IMG/VR virus record: IMGVR_UViG_3300037493_005407
Location: 945 to 64,944 of that record
Strand: one strand, 5' to 3'
Source of the DNA: a virus
Taxonomy: Duplodnaviria > Caudoviricetes
DNA length: 64,000 nt
Positions 55,309 to 64,000 of this stretch are shown in pieces. A program made the position numbers and the translations under genes. The notes beneath the pieces are model-generated. The model did no database searches. It saw only the letters and a program-made list of their open reading frames with translations, and had not been told where the DNA came from. How positions within the stretch are numbered: position 1 is the stretch's first letter; the number at the start of each line of letters is the position of its first letter.

Positions 55309-55772
55309 GTAGTCCACCGACCAAGATACCGATAACCTGAAGACAATGACCCGTAGCAAGACTCCATGTTGTTTTGCATCTTGATGTTGCGCACATGGAA
55401 ATCAAACTCTTGCTGCATGCGGTCAGCCCACGCAGCGTACTGCGCCTGCTTCTCGTCCAGATTTACGGGAGCGATGCCACCGTCTTGAGCCCGTACTTCA
55501 TTTCTGTTCTGCCGAAGACCTTCAGAGCGCAGCAGGATGGCACACACCCCACATAAAAGAACGTACTCGTTCAGGTTACCTGCGTCGACCAGCGTCTGTG
55601 GCGTTACCGCGTTGTACTTCGCAACCGTGAACCTGATAGCCCGCGTAATGTCATCCTGCGAGAACTCAACCGAGTCTGGCAATAGGATGTTATGCTGTGG
55701 AGTATCACGCAAAAACCACCGAACATCGTCGGTGGTAAGGGGCGTCTGGTTTACGGGCAGCGTTACAGTCAT
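55305..55772 (-). CDS. head-tail adaptor/neck protein
   Basis: VRWFLRD..NIL...EFS...; QDGGI; located after the capsid genes. Confidence 0.6.
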   Translation of the reverse strand: MTVTLPVNQTPLTTDDVRWFLRDTPQHNILLPDSVEFSQDDITRAIRFTVAKYNAVTPQTLVDAGNLNEYVLLCGVCAILLRSEGLRQNRNEVRAQDGGIAPVNLDEKQAQYAAWADRMQQEFDFHVRNIKMQNNMESCYGSLSSGYRYLGRWTT

Positions 55773-55775
55773 TTG

Positions 55776-56234
55776 TTACCTGTGCCAGTTTACGCGAGAG
55801 CAGTAGATGTCGATGGTGCCTGGAACAGTGGTCACAACCTTTATGTAATTGTTTGGGATTACAAAAATGGTTGGAGAGCAGCTAACATACGCGTGCACTC
55901 CTGGTTCAGTTGTGTAAATCCGCGTTGCTTCACTGGATACACGGTCAACTAGGTCGAGCGTGAAGGTACCAAGAGCGTCTAACTTGGCGTGAATGGACGT
56001 AATCGCGTAGAACACGTCCGTACCCATGTCAAAGATACCGCCGTCTGTTAGGTCTACCAGTGTCTTGTCGTCCGCGTTGCAGTACGTATGAATGCCTTTT
56101 GCATAGAGCGCAGGCGTGTACGCTACATCAGGGTCCGCCGGGTCGACCGCTGCACCCACAGGAGCAACGCCCGTCAGCTTCGTACTCGAGTACTGCCGTA
56201 ACGCAACAGACACTTCGCTGAAGTGAATAGTCAT
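55776..56234 (-). CDS. structural protein, tandem paralog B
   Basis: 152 aa, ends GTIDIYCSRVNWHR. Confidence 0.7.
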   Translation of the reverse strand: MTIHFSEVSVALRQYSSTKLTGVAPVGAAVDPADPDVAYTPALYAKGIHTYCNADDKTLVDLTDGGIFDMGTDVFYAITSIHAKLDALGTFTLDLVDRVSSEATRIYTTEPGVHAYVSCSPTIFVIPNNYIKVVTTVPGTIDIYCSRVNWHR

Positions 56235-56238
56235 CAGC

Positions 56239-56697
56239 TTACCTGTGCCAATCGATACGTGAGCAATACACGTCGATCGTTCCTGCTCTGTTTGTAACGA
56301 TTTTCACGGTGTTTGCGGGCACGACCAGTAGGGTCGGAGCAAAACTGAAGTACGCACTCACTGCCGCCGCGCCGTCCAACACACGCACGTACTCAGTACC
56401 AGCGGTACGGTCCTGCACGTCAAGTGTGATGGTCCCACCGGCTGCGAGTTTGGCGTGAATCGTAGTGATGCAGTAGAACACGTCATCACCGACGTCTATG
56501 AGTCCGCCATCCGTGAGGTGGAACAGCGAATAGTCCGCAGGGTCACAGTACGTGTGCACGCCCCCGGAATAAAGTTTCGGCTCGTACAAGTGGCTGTGAG
56601 GCGCGGGGCCTACCGGAGCTACTCCCGTCATACCCGTAGCAATGGCGGTATGCATGCGCAAAGCCGAGGCGTATTCACTGAAGAAGAGAGATGACAT
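56239..56697 (-). CDS. structural protein, tandem paralog A
   Basis: 152 aa, ends GTIDVYCSRIDWHR. Confidence 0.7.
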   Translation of the reverse strand: MSSLFFSEYASALRMHTAIATGMTGVAPVGPAPHSHLYEPKLYSGGVHTYCDPADYSLFHLTDGGLIDVGDDVFYCITTIHAKLAAGGTITLDVQDRTAGTEYVRVLDGAAAVSAYFSFAPTLLVVPANTVKIVTNRAGTIDVYCSRIDWHR

Positions 56698-57476
56698 TAC
56701 TGGTCCTTGCCGGTTCTCTTGAGTTCATTCTTGAGAGCCTGGTCTACGACTTGGTCTAATTGTACATCGTCGAGCTGGGGAGCTGCAGCAGATATGACCT
56801 GACGCAGCTCTTTGCGCCTAGCTTGCAGATACGCATTGGTCGTGGCCGGTTTTACCGTCTGACCTTGTGACGCTTTAGAAATGGAATCGGTAATGCGGTA
56901 CTCTAGTTTACTCAATTGCTCTGTGAGTTCTTTCGTACGGGCAACTTCCCCTACGTAATACTCTTTTTTAAAGCCCTTATAGTCTTCGGACAGCTCTTTA
57001 ACGTTTGCATTAACCTCGCTGATATCCGCTTTTGTGCTTTCAACAGCGCCAGTTAATGTATAAAACTGCCACAGCCAGCCACCAATAACTGCCAGCGCGC
57101 CCGCACTACCCACCGCCACCGTGTTGCGGAAGAAAGTCCGCCACCCCTCAACTGCGCGTTTCATGTCCTCAAACTCCTCAGCCCGTTGGCACTTCGTAAG
57201 TCCCTTGAGCTGTTCTTTTAGGAGGTCTACCTGGGTGGTAATCTCCTGTTCTCGAGCCTGGACGACATCTTTACCTGCTTTTTCATGCGACAATCTTTTG
57301 AGTTCAGATTGAATCCATACTACGTCGTTGCTGCGACCTGACGAATGCGGCGGAAAAGTAGTTAACGGGTAAGGGCCAGAAGACAACTGTTCCGACGCCG
57401 CACGTTTGGCGGAATTGGAAGGACGGATCTCAGATCCTTCCGGAGGAGTACCGCTGTATGGGTCGCGCTCTGCCAT
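56697..57476 (-). CDS. single-TM coiled-coil protein
   Basis: Start MAERDP after AGGA; central TM flanked by heptads. Confidence 0.6.
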   Translation of the reverse strand: MAERDPYSGTPPEGSEIRPSNSAKRAASEQLSSGPYPLTTFPPHSSGRSNDVVWIQSELKRLSHEKAGKDVVQAREQEITTQVDLLKEQLKGLTKCQRAEEFEDMKRAVEGWRTFFRNTVAVGSAGALAVIGGWLWQFYTLTGAVESTKADISEVNANVKELSEDYKGFKKEYYVGEVARTKELTEQLSKLEYRITDSISKASQGQTVKPATTNAYLQARRKELRQVISAAAPQLDDVQLDQVVDQALKNELKRTGKDQ

Positions 57477-57487
57477 AACCCATCCTA

Positions 57488-57757
57488 TCAGGTTGTGACT
57501 TCGACCGTAATAGGACCAAACATTGTCGTTTTTTCGAAGTGCACAATATACGTTTGAGACTCGTCCAGCAGAAAGGGCGTTACCCATTTTCCGTTTACGT
57601 CCGTAGTGGTCTCTGCCAACCACGTATCACGGACATCTGCGGCGTACGCCGCTAACGTAAATGCCCGGACAACGACGTTCTCTATGGGGTCCCCATTAGG
57701 GTCTAGGACCGTCATGTCATCCGTGTGCGGATAATTGTGGTCTACACTGACGCTCAT
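57488..57757 (-). CDS. small Ig/prealbumin-fold structural protein
   Basis: DPNGDPIENVVV...TTTDVNGKW...YIVHF. Confidence 0.6.
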   Translation of the reverse strand: MSVSVDHNYPHTDDMTVLDPNGDPIENVVVRAFTLAAYAADVRDTWLAETTTDVNGKWVTPFLLDESQTYIVHFEKTTMFGPITVEVTT

Positions 57758-57793
57758 GCCCGAATTTTAGGACGGAATGGAAACGAGGAAAGG

Positions 57794-58339
57794 TCAGCCG
57801 CGGTTCTTCTTGCGCTTGCCGCTCGGGCGGGGTTCTTCGGTGGGTTCAGCGTCTTCCGTCACTGTCTCGAGGACCGGCTCCTGACTCTCGTCGGGAACTT
57901 CCTCAACAGCTGCTTCCGGGAGAACTTCTTCTACCACCGGCGCGTCGACCGCGTCTTCAACAAGAACCACTGGGGGGAGGCAGACCGACTCAACGACCGG
58001 CTCTGAAGGGGTATCTGTCCCCACGGGTGTTGCCGGTGCAACCGGAACAACCGGAACCTCTTCCACCGCCGGCACAACGACCGGTGTAGGTACAGGTGCC
58101 GGCGCCGGCTGCGGGGCAGGAAGGGTAACCTCCTGCGCCTTTTGCTTCGGCGATTCGATCTCTTCCACTAGCTGAAGCCCCTTGCCGAGAAACACGCGCA
58201 CGGCGGGATGCTTTACCGTGGTAGGGTGAACACCCTTCTGCTCCCCGGGGTTGAAGACCAAGGGTTGCCCCTCCATGTCGCGGAGACCCGTCAACATGAT
58301 CTTCCGTTCCGAGAAGTTTTTAAGCCAGACTTTAGCCAT
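57794..58339 (-). CDS. capsid-adjacent protein with acidic Pro-rich tail
   Basis: GAGGT RBS; directly downstream of the major capsid gene. Confidence 0.65.
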   Translation of the reverse strand: MAKVWLKNFSERKIMLTGLRDMEGQPLVFNPGEQKGVHPTTVKHPAVRVFLGKGLQLVEEIESPKQKAQEVTLPAPQPAPAPVPTPVVVPAVEEVPVVPVAPATPVGTDTPSEPVVESVCLPPVVLVEDAVDAPVVEEVLPEAAVEEVPDESQEPVLETVTEDAEPTEEPRPSGKRKKNRG

Positions 58340-58359
58340 CGTTCTTACCTCTCACCGGA

Positions 58360-59274
58360 TCAAGTGAAGGTGATTTCCTGCATCGACAGGCGGTTACCGA
58401 TACCGATGCCGAGAGCTTCGTAACTCCAGAACGTGATGATGTCCGCGCGCTGCTCGATGAACAGCGTGGCATCCTGCAGGAGGTAGAAGTTCCCGAGGAA
58501 GTTGTTCGGGCTCTGCGGAGCGAACAGCCACGCCTTGTTGGTCGGATAGATGTCCGACTTGATGGTCGTGACGACCGGGAGGCCCCACAGCTTCTGCGAG
58601 GACTCGATACCCTCGTCGAAGTGGCGCTGAGCGATCTCGTCGCCGACCGTGGTCGCCGGCAGATCGATGGCGTCCATGAAGCGGCTCTTGGTCATGAGCA
58701 GCTTGCCGACCGGCCGACGGCGATTGAGCATCGCTTGGCAGGCGGTCTTGATGGTCGCGCTCTGGAACGGACCATTGGTCTGCTGCGCGGGGTTCGCGCT
58801 CACGATGGCATTGACGAGACCATAGAACTTCGTGTCCTCTTGGTCCGCCATGTCCTTCACGCTGTTGTCCGAAAGGATCTTCCGGATGTCGGACGTGTAG
58901 GTCATGAGCTCGAACTTCGACTTCGTGAAGCGCTGCGACTCGACCTTGCCGAAGAAGATCGCGTAACGGCTGCCCTTGAACCAGGTCCGCCGGCCGGTGC
59001 CCTGGAACTGGACGAACGTCGCGACCGAGTCGGGCTCTTTGTCGACGATCTTCTTGGGCTGGTCGGTGTTCTCGTCGCGGTCGATCTCTTCCTCGGTGAT
59101 GCCCTGAGGAACGATGATCTCACGGACGGCGGCTTCCTGGCGCAGCTTGTCGCGGATGAAAGCCGAGCTCTCGGCTTCCGCCTGCTTGATCTGGCCGGAC
59201 TCGATCTTGCGCACGAAGCTCGAGTTGATGAACTGCGCGCTGACTTGCGGATTCTCTACGGCGTAGCTAGACAT
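58360..59274 (-). CDS. major capsid protein (HK97-fold, inferred)
   Basis: 304 aa, strongest codon bias, AAGGAGG RBS; FIRDKLRQE, EPDS, KFELMTY..DIRKI, LGIGIGN; position after protease and scaffold genes. Confidence 0.8.
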   Translation of the reverse strand: MSSYAVENPQVSAQFINSSFVRKIESGQIKQAEAESSAFIRDKLRQEAAVREIIVPQGITEEEIDRDENTDQPKKIVDKEPDSVATFVQFQGTGRRTWFKGSRYAIFFGKVESQRFTKSKFELMTYTSDIRKILSDNSVKDMADQEDTKFYGLVNAIVSANPAQQTNGPFQSATIKTACQAMLNRRRPVGKLLMTKSRFMDAIDLPATTVGDEIAQRHFDEGIESSQKLWGLPVVTTIKSDIYPTNKAWLFAPQSPNNFLGNFYLLQDATLFIEQRADIITFWSYEALGIGIGNRLSMQEITFT

Positions 59275-59291
59275 CTCTCATTCCTCCTTTA

Positions 59292-59798
59292 TCAGGCGTG
59301 CGCCGGGCAAACGCCCTGCGGGATGATGACGTCCAGAACGGCGTTGGTCGCATCGAGACCGAGGGGACCCACGAAGCCGTAGATCTGCTCGCCGCTGGCG
59401 GCAGCGCGGAACAGACCGGCGTCGGCGGTCGTACCGCACGTCAGGTGAGCGCCCGGAGCGTAGGAGGCCGCGACGTACTTCGGCGTCTTGATCTCGCAAC
59501 CGCCCTGGATGCAGGTGATCTTGTGCACGAACGCACCGTCGAGGTCCATGTCGCCATCGGCGGCAACGAACATCAGGCACGGCGCGTCGGTCGTGGACAG
59601 GTTGTTGTCCGCAACGATTGCTTGACCGCTGGAATTCATCACGACGATGGAGCCCGCGGCGATGGTGCCGGCCGTCGGAGTACCCTCCGTGGACGGAGCC
59701 GGAGCACCATAGACATCCAACACGACGACCAGCGACGCCAGAGCGTTCGAATGCGGGTCATGCGTGATGATGTCGAACTTGCTTGTCAGAATAGACAT
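59292..59798 (-). CDS. capsid decoration/cement protein
   Basis: Directly upstream of the capsid gene; highly biased codons; KITCIQGG..YAPGAHLT. Confidence 0.6.
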   Translation of the reverse strand: MSILTSKFDIITHDPHSNALASLVVVLDVYGAPAPSTEGTPTAGTIAAGSIVVMNSSGQAIVADNNLSTTDAPCLMFVAADGDMDLDGAFVHKITCIQGGCEIKTPKYVAASYAPGAHLTCGTTADAGLFRAAASGEQIYGFVGPLGLDATNAVLDVIIPQGVCPAHA

Positions 59799-59825
59799 GT
59801 TCGCATCCCTTTCGTTAGCTCATCC

Positions 59826-60167
59826 TCAGCCAAGGATGAAGTTCAAGAATCGCGCGTCGGAGCCGCCCATCCCTTGAGCGTCTGACGCGGTCTTCGCATT
59901 ATCATCTTCCGGCCCACCGAGGCTATCCGGGGCGCCGCTGCCAGCCAGGCGCTCGAGCAACGACGCAATCTCCGGATCCGTCTCAGCAAGCTTACTGACG
60001 ATGCTGTCGTCGATACGCTCACCGGTGGCATCCTTGATGCGGTTTGCCAGCTTCGACGCGCCGTCGACTTTCGTCTGCGTCTCTTTCGCGGCTTGTTCCT
60101 GCACGAGCGAGTCGATGCAATCCGCCGCAGCTTTCAGGACTTCAGCGATTTTCGTTCTGTCCATCAT
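59826..60167 (-). CDS. scaffold-like head protein
   Basis: Helical; KIA and KTAS motifs; ends DARFLNFILG. Confidence 0.6.
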   Translation of the reverse strand: MMDRTKIAEVLKAAADCIDSLVQEQAAKETQTKVDGASKLANRIKDATGERIDDSIVSKLAETDPEIASLLERLAGSGAPDSLGGPEDDNAKTASDAQGMGGSDARFLNFILG

Positions 60168-60337
60168 CGACTCCCGTTCAGCAGCGTACGCAGTGTTCCA
60201 ATCGCACGCGCCGCAGTGAGGATCTGCGCGATCTTCACAGTCTTACTGGAGGTCGGCTGCTTAACGGGCTCATTCTCGAGCTCTTCAGCAGCTTTCCGAA
60301 GGCGCTTCGCGATTTCTGTGGCGGCATTTTTATCCAT
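60164..60337 (-). CDS. 57-aa head-module protein (not in ORF track)
   Basis: MDKNAATEIAKRLRKAA...KTVKIAQILTAARAIGTL, coupled to both neighbours. Confidence 0.6.
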   Translation of the reverse strand: MDKNAATEIAKRLRKAAEELENEPVKQPTSSKTVKIAQILTAARAIGTLRTLLNGSR

Positions 60338-60558
60338 CACATCAATCCTCGCGCAAAGTTTACGACATCATCGACAGTTACGACGTTGTCGTTTTCGGGC
60401 ATAGCCGAAATTTCAGACGCGAATTTTTGCAACTTCTGAGCGAGCACCGTAGTCAGAACAGCTGCAGGCGCAGCGGCGGTTTTTTCCGTCGCTCTTGCCG
60501 CAGCCAGCTCCTTAACGTGAGCTACGATCTCATTTACGTTTGGGAGAGGTCTGGGCAT
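60337..60558 (-). CDS. small head-module protein
   Basis: EKTAAA motif. Confidence 0.6.
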   Translation of the reverse strand: MPRPLPNVNEIVAHVKELAAARATEKTAAAPAAVLTTVLAQKLQKFASEISAMPENDNVVTVDDVVNFARGLM

Positions 60559-60689
60559 TGCTGTCCGCCTGTGTCTGGTTGTCGGCGGCTTCCTCGGGCT
60601 TTACGCCCAATGAAGAGGCGAGCTTTTCAGCCGCTGCCTTAAAAAGCTCGGCATACCGCTTACGAGTTTTCGGTGTGTACAGCATTTCC

Positions 60690-61238
60690 TCAGCGACCGT
60701 ACGCCTGACGCGCCAGGGTCTCTACCTCAGCATCGCCCTTCAGGAACTCTTCCTGCGCCGTCTTGTAGACCGCGTCGAGAGCCGCTTGCTGACCCTCTTG
60801 GAATTGCTCCGCAGCGATCTTCTCGCGCGTCTCATTGTAGCCCGCTTCCGCCGCAGCTTTGACCATCGCGTCGAGCGTGGGGTCATACGCCACACCAGGA
60901 GCAGCGGCATACTTTGACTGCGCATCTTGGAGAGCCGCCGTTTTCGCGAGCGCATCTGCTGACGCAAACGCTTCGAGCATGGCATCCGCCATCACCCGGC
61001 CGCATTGCGCCGCGTGAACGAGCTCAGCCTGCTTCTCCTGCTCGGCCAGCATCGATGCCATTTTCAGCAGCGAGTCCACCGCATCCGGAGAAGCGGAGGT
61101 GACCGGAGCAGCCGTCTTCTCGAGAGCAGCATCCAGAGCAGTTTTCGCAGCCTGGTCAGCCGTCTTCTGGCTCGCACTCGCGGTTTTCTCCTGCGGAGTG
61201 GAGTTGCGCATGTCCTGCAACATTGTGCTGAAATCCAT
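60690..61238 (-). CDS. scaffold-like head protein rich in K-x-A motifs
   Basis: Start MDFSTML after AAAGGA; about eight KxA motifs. Confidence 0.7.
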   Translation of the reverse strand: MDFSTMLQDMRNSTPQEKTASASQKTADQAAKTALDAALEKTAAPVTSASPDAVDSLLKMASMLAEQEKQAELVHAAQCGRVMADAMLEAFASADALAKTAALQDAQSKYAAAPGVAYDPTLDAMVKAAAEAGYNETREKIAAEQFQEGQQAALDAVYKTAQEEFLKGDAEVETLARQAYGR

Positions 61239-61291
61239 GGTATTCGCGTCCTTTCTCTTACGGTTCGCCACCAATCATACGGTGGCTTTTT

Positions 61292-64000
61292 TCAACCAAC
61301 AAGAACCATCCCAATAAGCTCCGCCACTTTGTTAAAGTCAACGCAGGGGAGAAGTACTGTGTCTGTCGGTTGTAACTGTAGCTCTGCAGAAATGTCCATC
61401 GACATCTTTTCTGAATTAGCGGCCCACTGCCGAAACTTTTCGTCTGTTCCTTTTGCCCAATCACCTACCGTAGCTCTAATGCGCTCACGGTTCATCCTGC
61501 CGTGTTGCGCTAGAGGTCTTACGATATTTTTTGCAAGGTATTGCGCGGCGGGCGTTTGCCCAAAGGCCCTCAATCCCAGCGTACCGCCTACTGCGGTAAG
61601 CAACGGATGATTTACCGCTACGGATTCCAGCGCATTCATCGCCCGCGTTGGTGCTGGGTCATAGGGATCTACTTCAGGTTCTCCGCGGTTAATACGACTA
61701 TGGTAATCGTGCGCGGCTAAACCCATCAAACCAAGTGTTCCAAACAGCGGCAGAGCTAATGACGCAGAGCCAGTTTTTGTCGTTAACTCAGTCGTTATCG
61801 GAATAGGAATTCCCTGGTCCGTCATGTAATGCCGGCCCATAGTAGGCCACTGCGAAAGTCCTACTCCGGCTAAGGTAGCGCCTACCAGTGGTCGTAGATT
61901 TCCTAGACCTTTGGAGCGTAACCCTGAAGCCATCATCTTGTAGGCGCCACCTAAAAGCGCGCCGCCACCCACTACTTTGTAGAGATTACGCTTTGCGACG
62001 TCGTCATGCGACGCGATGGCTGCCCGTCGCGTAGTCGCGTACTGCTGCCCAGACACCGGGTCTGTTATCGTAAGCGGAGTTGTCTGGTCATATTCTTCGC
62101 GGTACTGCGAAGGAACAACTTTACGCTTGAGGTACTCCATAATGCCTGATCTTTTTTCAAGATACGGCATTATAACCTCAGCTACCTTTGCGTCGATGTG
62201 ACTCGGAGCAATATCGAACACTCCACTCTGGTCAATCGAGTCCAACAACTGCGGCATGTCCTCGAACAAACGCATAACTGAACCACGAAGAGCCGTAATA
62301 CGGTCGACCAAGTCATCCGGGATTTGCCCGATACCTGGGTGAGACTTGTAAATTACGATTTTGGTAACCTCAGGGGTGTTCATCAACATCCCTGAAGAGA
62401 GCGTGGTTGTCACGACGTTACGCAAAGGGTGTGTAGCGAGCTCTTGGAGTGTACTGTCGCTCATGGTGGGCATGCGCTGTCCCATACGCAGGGCTTCGTC
62501 ACGCATCTTTGTAACGTTGCCGAGCTCCACCGGGTCAATACCCTCCGACTTAGCGTCCAGGGGGACACCCTGTATCACCTTGTCGATTACAGCTAGCTTA
62601 TGCGCTGCGAGCTTCCGCTCCTGCATCTCTTCGAGATACTCGCCCGCCGCTGCTCCAGAAATAACGTACGGTTGTTCATACGCGACTTTCTTCATCATGT
62701 ATGCCGTCGGGTCTGCAGGTCTAATCACCCAAGAGATGTCGAAGAACTTGGGACTCGGATTGAGTGCAGCAACCTTTACACCGTCGAAAACGTCGCGCAT
62801 GTGAAAGCGCAGATGGTCACAATACTGTGCACGGGTTGGCGCACGGTTACCGCAGATAGTACAGTTGTGGCTGCAGATACCCTCAGCCAAGTAACTCTCA
62901 TCATCCTCAACCGCTAGGTTGTGCACAACGTTGGTGGCGTCGGAGGAGCTCTCTATTTTTTTGACCGGTGTACACCAGTAGGAGCTCCAGAAGAAACTTT
63001 TTGGGCTTCCGTGCTGGGGTATTTTTTGAATCCAAGACGCTTTGGCTGAGTATGGCTTTAGCTTCTGCAAGTCGTGAGCTGTGACGAAAGCGTGGTAGCT
63101 AGGTATGCGCGTAGTCCCATCGAAGCTTACAGGGTGTCCTGCGTTTCCCGCAGTTACATGTAACCCTACTGACAAACCAAGGCGCTGTGTGTCGATGAGT
63201 AACGCGGGGTTAGTAGATAAAATTCTGCCTACACCCTTAGCCGCGTCCACAGAGCCATCAGTATCCAAATACCCACCAAGAACGCTTAGCTTCTCGTTGA
63301 CGCTCCAGCTAAAAACGCTCTCGTGTATCTTCTTCTCCTTTGATTTAGACCCACCCAGCTCCAAAATAGTAGCCGCTAACTCAGGGCTGTTTACGTGAAT
63401 AGCCGCTTCTGTTTTGTCGGGGTTATCGTATCTGTTCCAACCATTAGGAAGCGCGAGTTCGTCAAGAGCATCACAAAGGTGTTTAATACAGTCCTCTTGA
63501 GTCAAGTTCATACTGAACTGAACCCCACGAGGAAACTTAATCCTGGGTGTGCTGGTGTCGTACGCTGTTTCGTGCCTTTCACTCCAGATAACAGAACCGT
63601 TACCCAGGTAGAAACCAAATACCGTCGCTAAAGCAGTACCGACAGTGTCTTTAGGGTTGCAGGTATCTACCGGAATAAGAGCGTAGTCACCCACTCGAAT
63701 GTCTTCAGCGGGAGTCCACTCAGGTGTTAATTCGACAGCACGATTACAACGAGGGCACGTAGGCTCCGCGTCTTTTTGGAACTTGTGGCGAAGACGTTCA
63801 CCGTTCGCTGACCCCGTACAAGTTCGTACATCTTCCTTCTTCAGGATTAAGAAGGGATGTTTTCCTGTGGCCGTAATAGGGTGAGCTACGCCACTCGCTG
63901 TTACGGTGTAAAGGTCTTCGTCTGTCTCGTGAACATAGTGGGCTGTTACTCGCTTCAGTGCTCCGGTGTGTGTGCGTACTGTTTCGCCAATCTCGATGTC
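61292..64000 (-). CDS. prohead (maturation) protease containing an intein; 5' end outside window
   Basis: Frame open to 64000; C-extein CTICGN...YCDH...NPSPKFFDISWVIRPAD; heads the capsid module. Confidence 0.75.
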   Translation of the reverse strand, partial: DIEIGETVRTHTGALKRVTAHYVHETDEDLYTVTASGVAHPITATGKHPFLILKKEDVRTCTGSANGERLRHKFQKDAEPTCPRCNRAVELTPEWTPAEDIRVGDYALIPVDTCNPKDTVGTALATVFGFYLGNGSVIWSERHETAYDTSTPRIKFPRGVQFSMNLTQEDCIKHLCDALDELALPNGWNRYDNPDKTEAAIHVNSPELAATILELGGSKSKEKKIHESVFSWSVNEKLSVLGGYLDTDGSVDAAKGVGRILSTNPALLIDTQRLGLSVGLHVTAGNAGHPVSFDGTTRIPSYHAFVTAHDLQKLKPYSAKASWIQKIPQHGSPKSFFWSSYWCTPVKKIESSSDATNVVHNLAVEDDESYLAEGICSHNCTICGNRAPTRAQYCDHLRFHMRDVFDGVKVAALNPSPKFFDISWVIRPADPTAYMMKKVAYEQPYVISGAAAGEYLEEMQERKLAAHKLAVIDKVIQGVPLDAKSEGIDPVELGNVTKMRDEALRMGQRMPTMSDSTLQELATHPLRNVVTTTLSSGMLMNTPEVTKIVIYKSHPGIGQIPDDLVDRITALRGSVMRLFEDMPQLLDSIDQSGVFDIAPSHIDAKVAEVIMPYLEKRSGIMEYLKRKVVPSQYREEYDQTTPLTITDPVSGQQYATTRRAAIASHDDVAKRNLYKVVGGGALLGGAYKMMASGLRSKGLGNLRPLVGATLAGVGLSQWPTMGRHYMTDQGIPIPITTELTTKTGSASLALPLFGTLGLMGLAAHDYHSRINRGEPEVDPYDPAPTRAMNALESVAVNHPLLTAVGGTLGLRAFGQTPAAQYLAKNIVRPLAQHGRMNRERIRATVGDWAKGTDEKFRQWAANSEKMSMDISAELQLQPTDTVLLPCVDFNKVAELIGMVLVG
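62864..64000 (-). mobile_element. intein with LAGLIDADG homing endonuclease (N-terminus outside window)
   Basis: Block B ATGKHPF; FGFYLGNG and LGGYLDTDG; block F/G VHNLAVEDDESYLAEGICSHN, then Cys+1. Confidence 0.9.

Noticed and set aside
60164-60337. Suspected frameshift in a small head-module gene
   Set aside because: On re-reading, the frame is continuous (57 aa); it is simply below the ORF-track size cutoff.
1-64000. Genome-wide stop-codon reassignment
   Set aside because: Long structural genes are uninterrupted in code 11 and TAA, TAG and TGA all end well-supported genes; only isolated in-frame stops were seen.

Overview
This window looks like part of a large myovirus-type (contractile-tailed, probably jumbo) phage genome of roughly 55% GC; the host cannot be determined from the sequence. 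1-8.4 kb (+): a degenerate tRNA-Cys-like element, a tmRNA (tag AEPQEMLKAA), short accessory genes and a DHH phosphoesterase. 8.4-36.5 kb (-): an SNF2 helicase, a Lar-like protein, ThyX and many small hypothetical genes. These include a ~13 kb run (17.6-30.5 kb) of about 40 tiny ORFs sharing one G-F-x-T-A-x-x-Y/H motif. 36.6-44 kb: Gly/Ala-rich putative virion proteins, a spanin-like pair, a strongly base-paired ~335 nt non-coding RNA candidate (38.45-38.79 kb) and short cassettes with their own promoters. 44.8-64 kb (-): the morphogenesis module (intein-containing prohead protease running off the window edge, scaffold-like proteins, major capsid, neck, tail completion, sheath, tube, baseplate spike, sheath-domain-repeat proteins); many of these carry repeated K-x-A motifs. 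All functional calls come from motifs read by eye and gene order; no searches were run.
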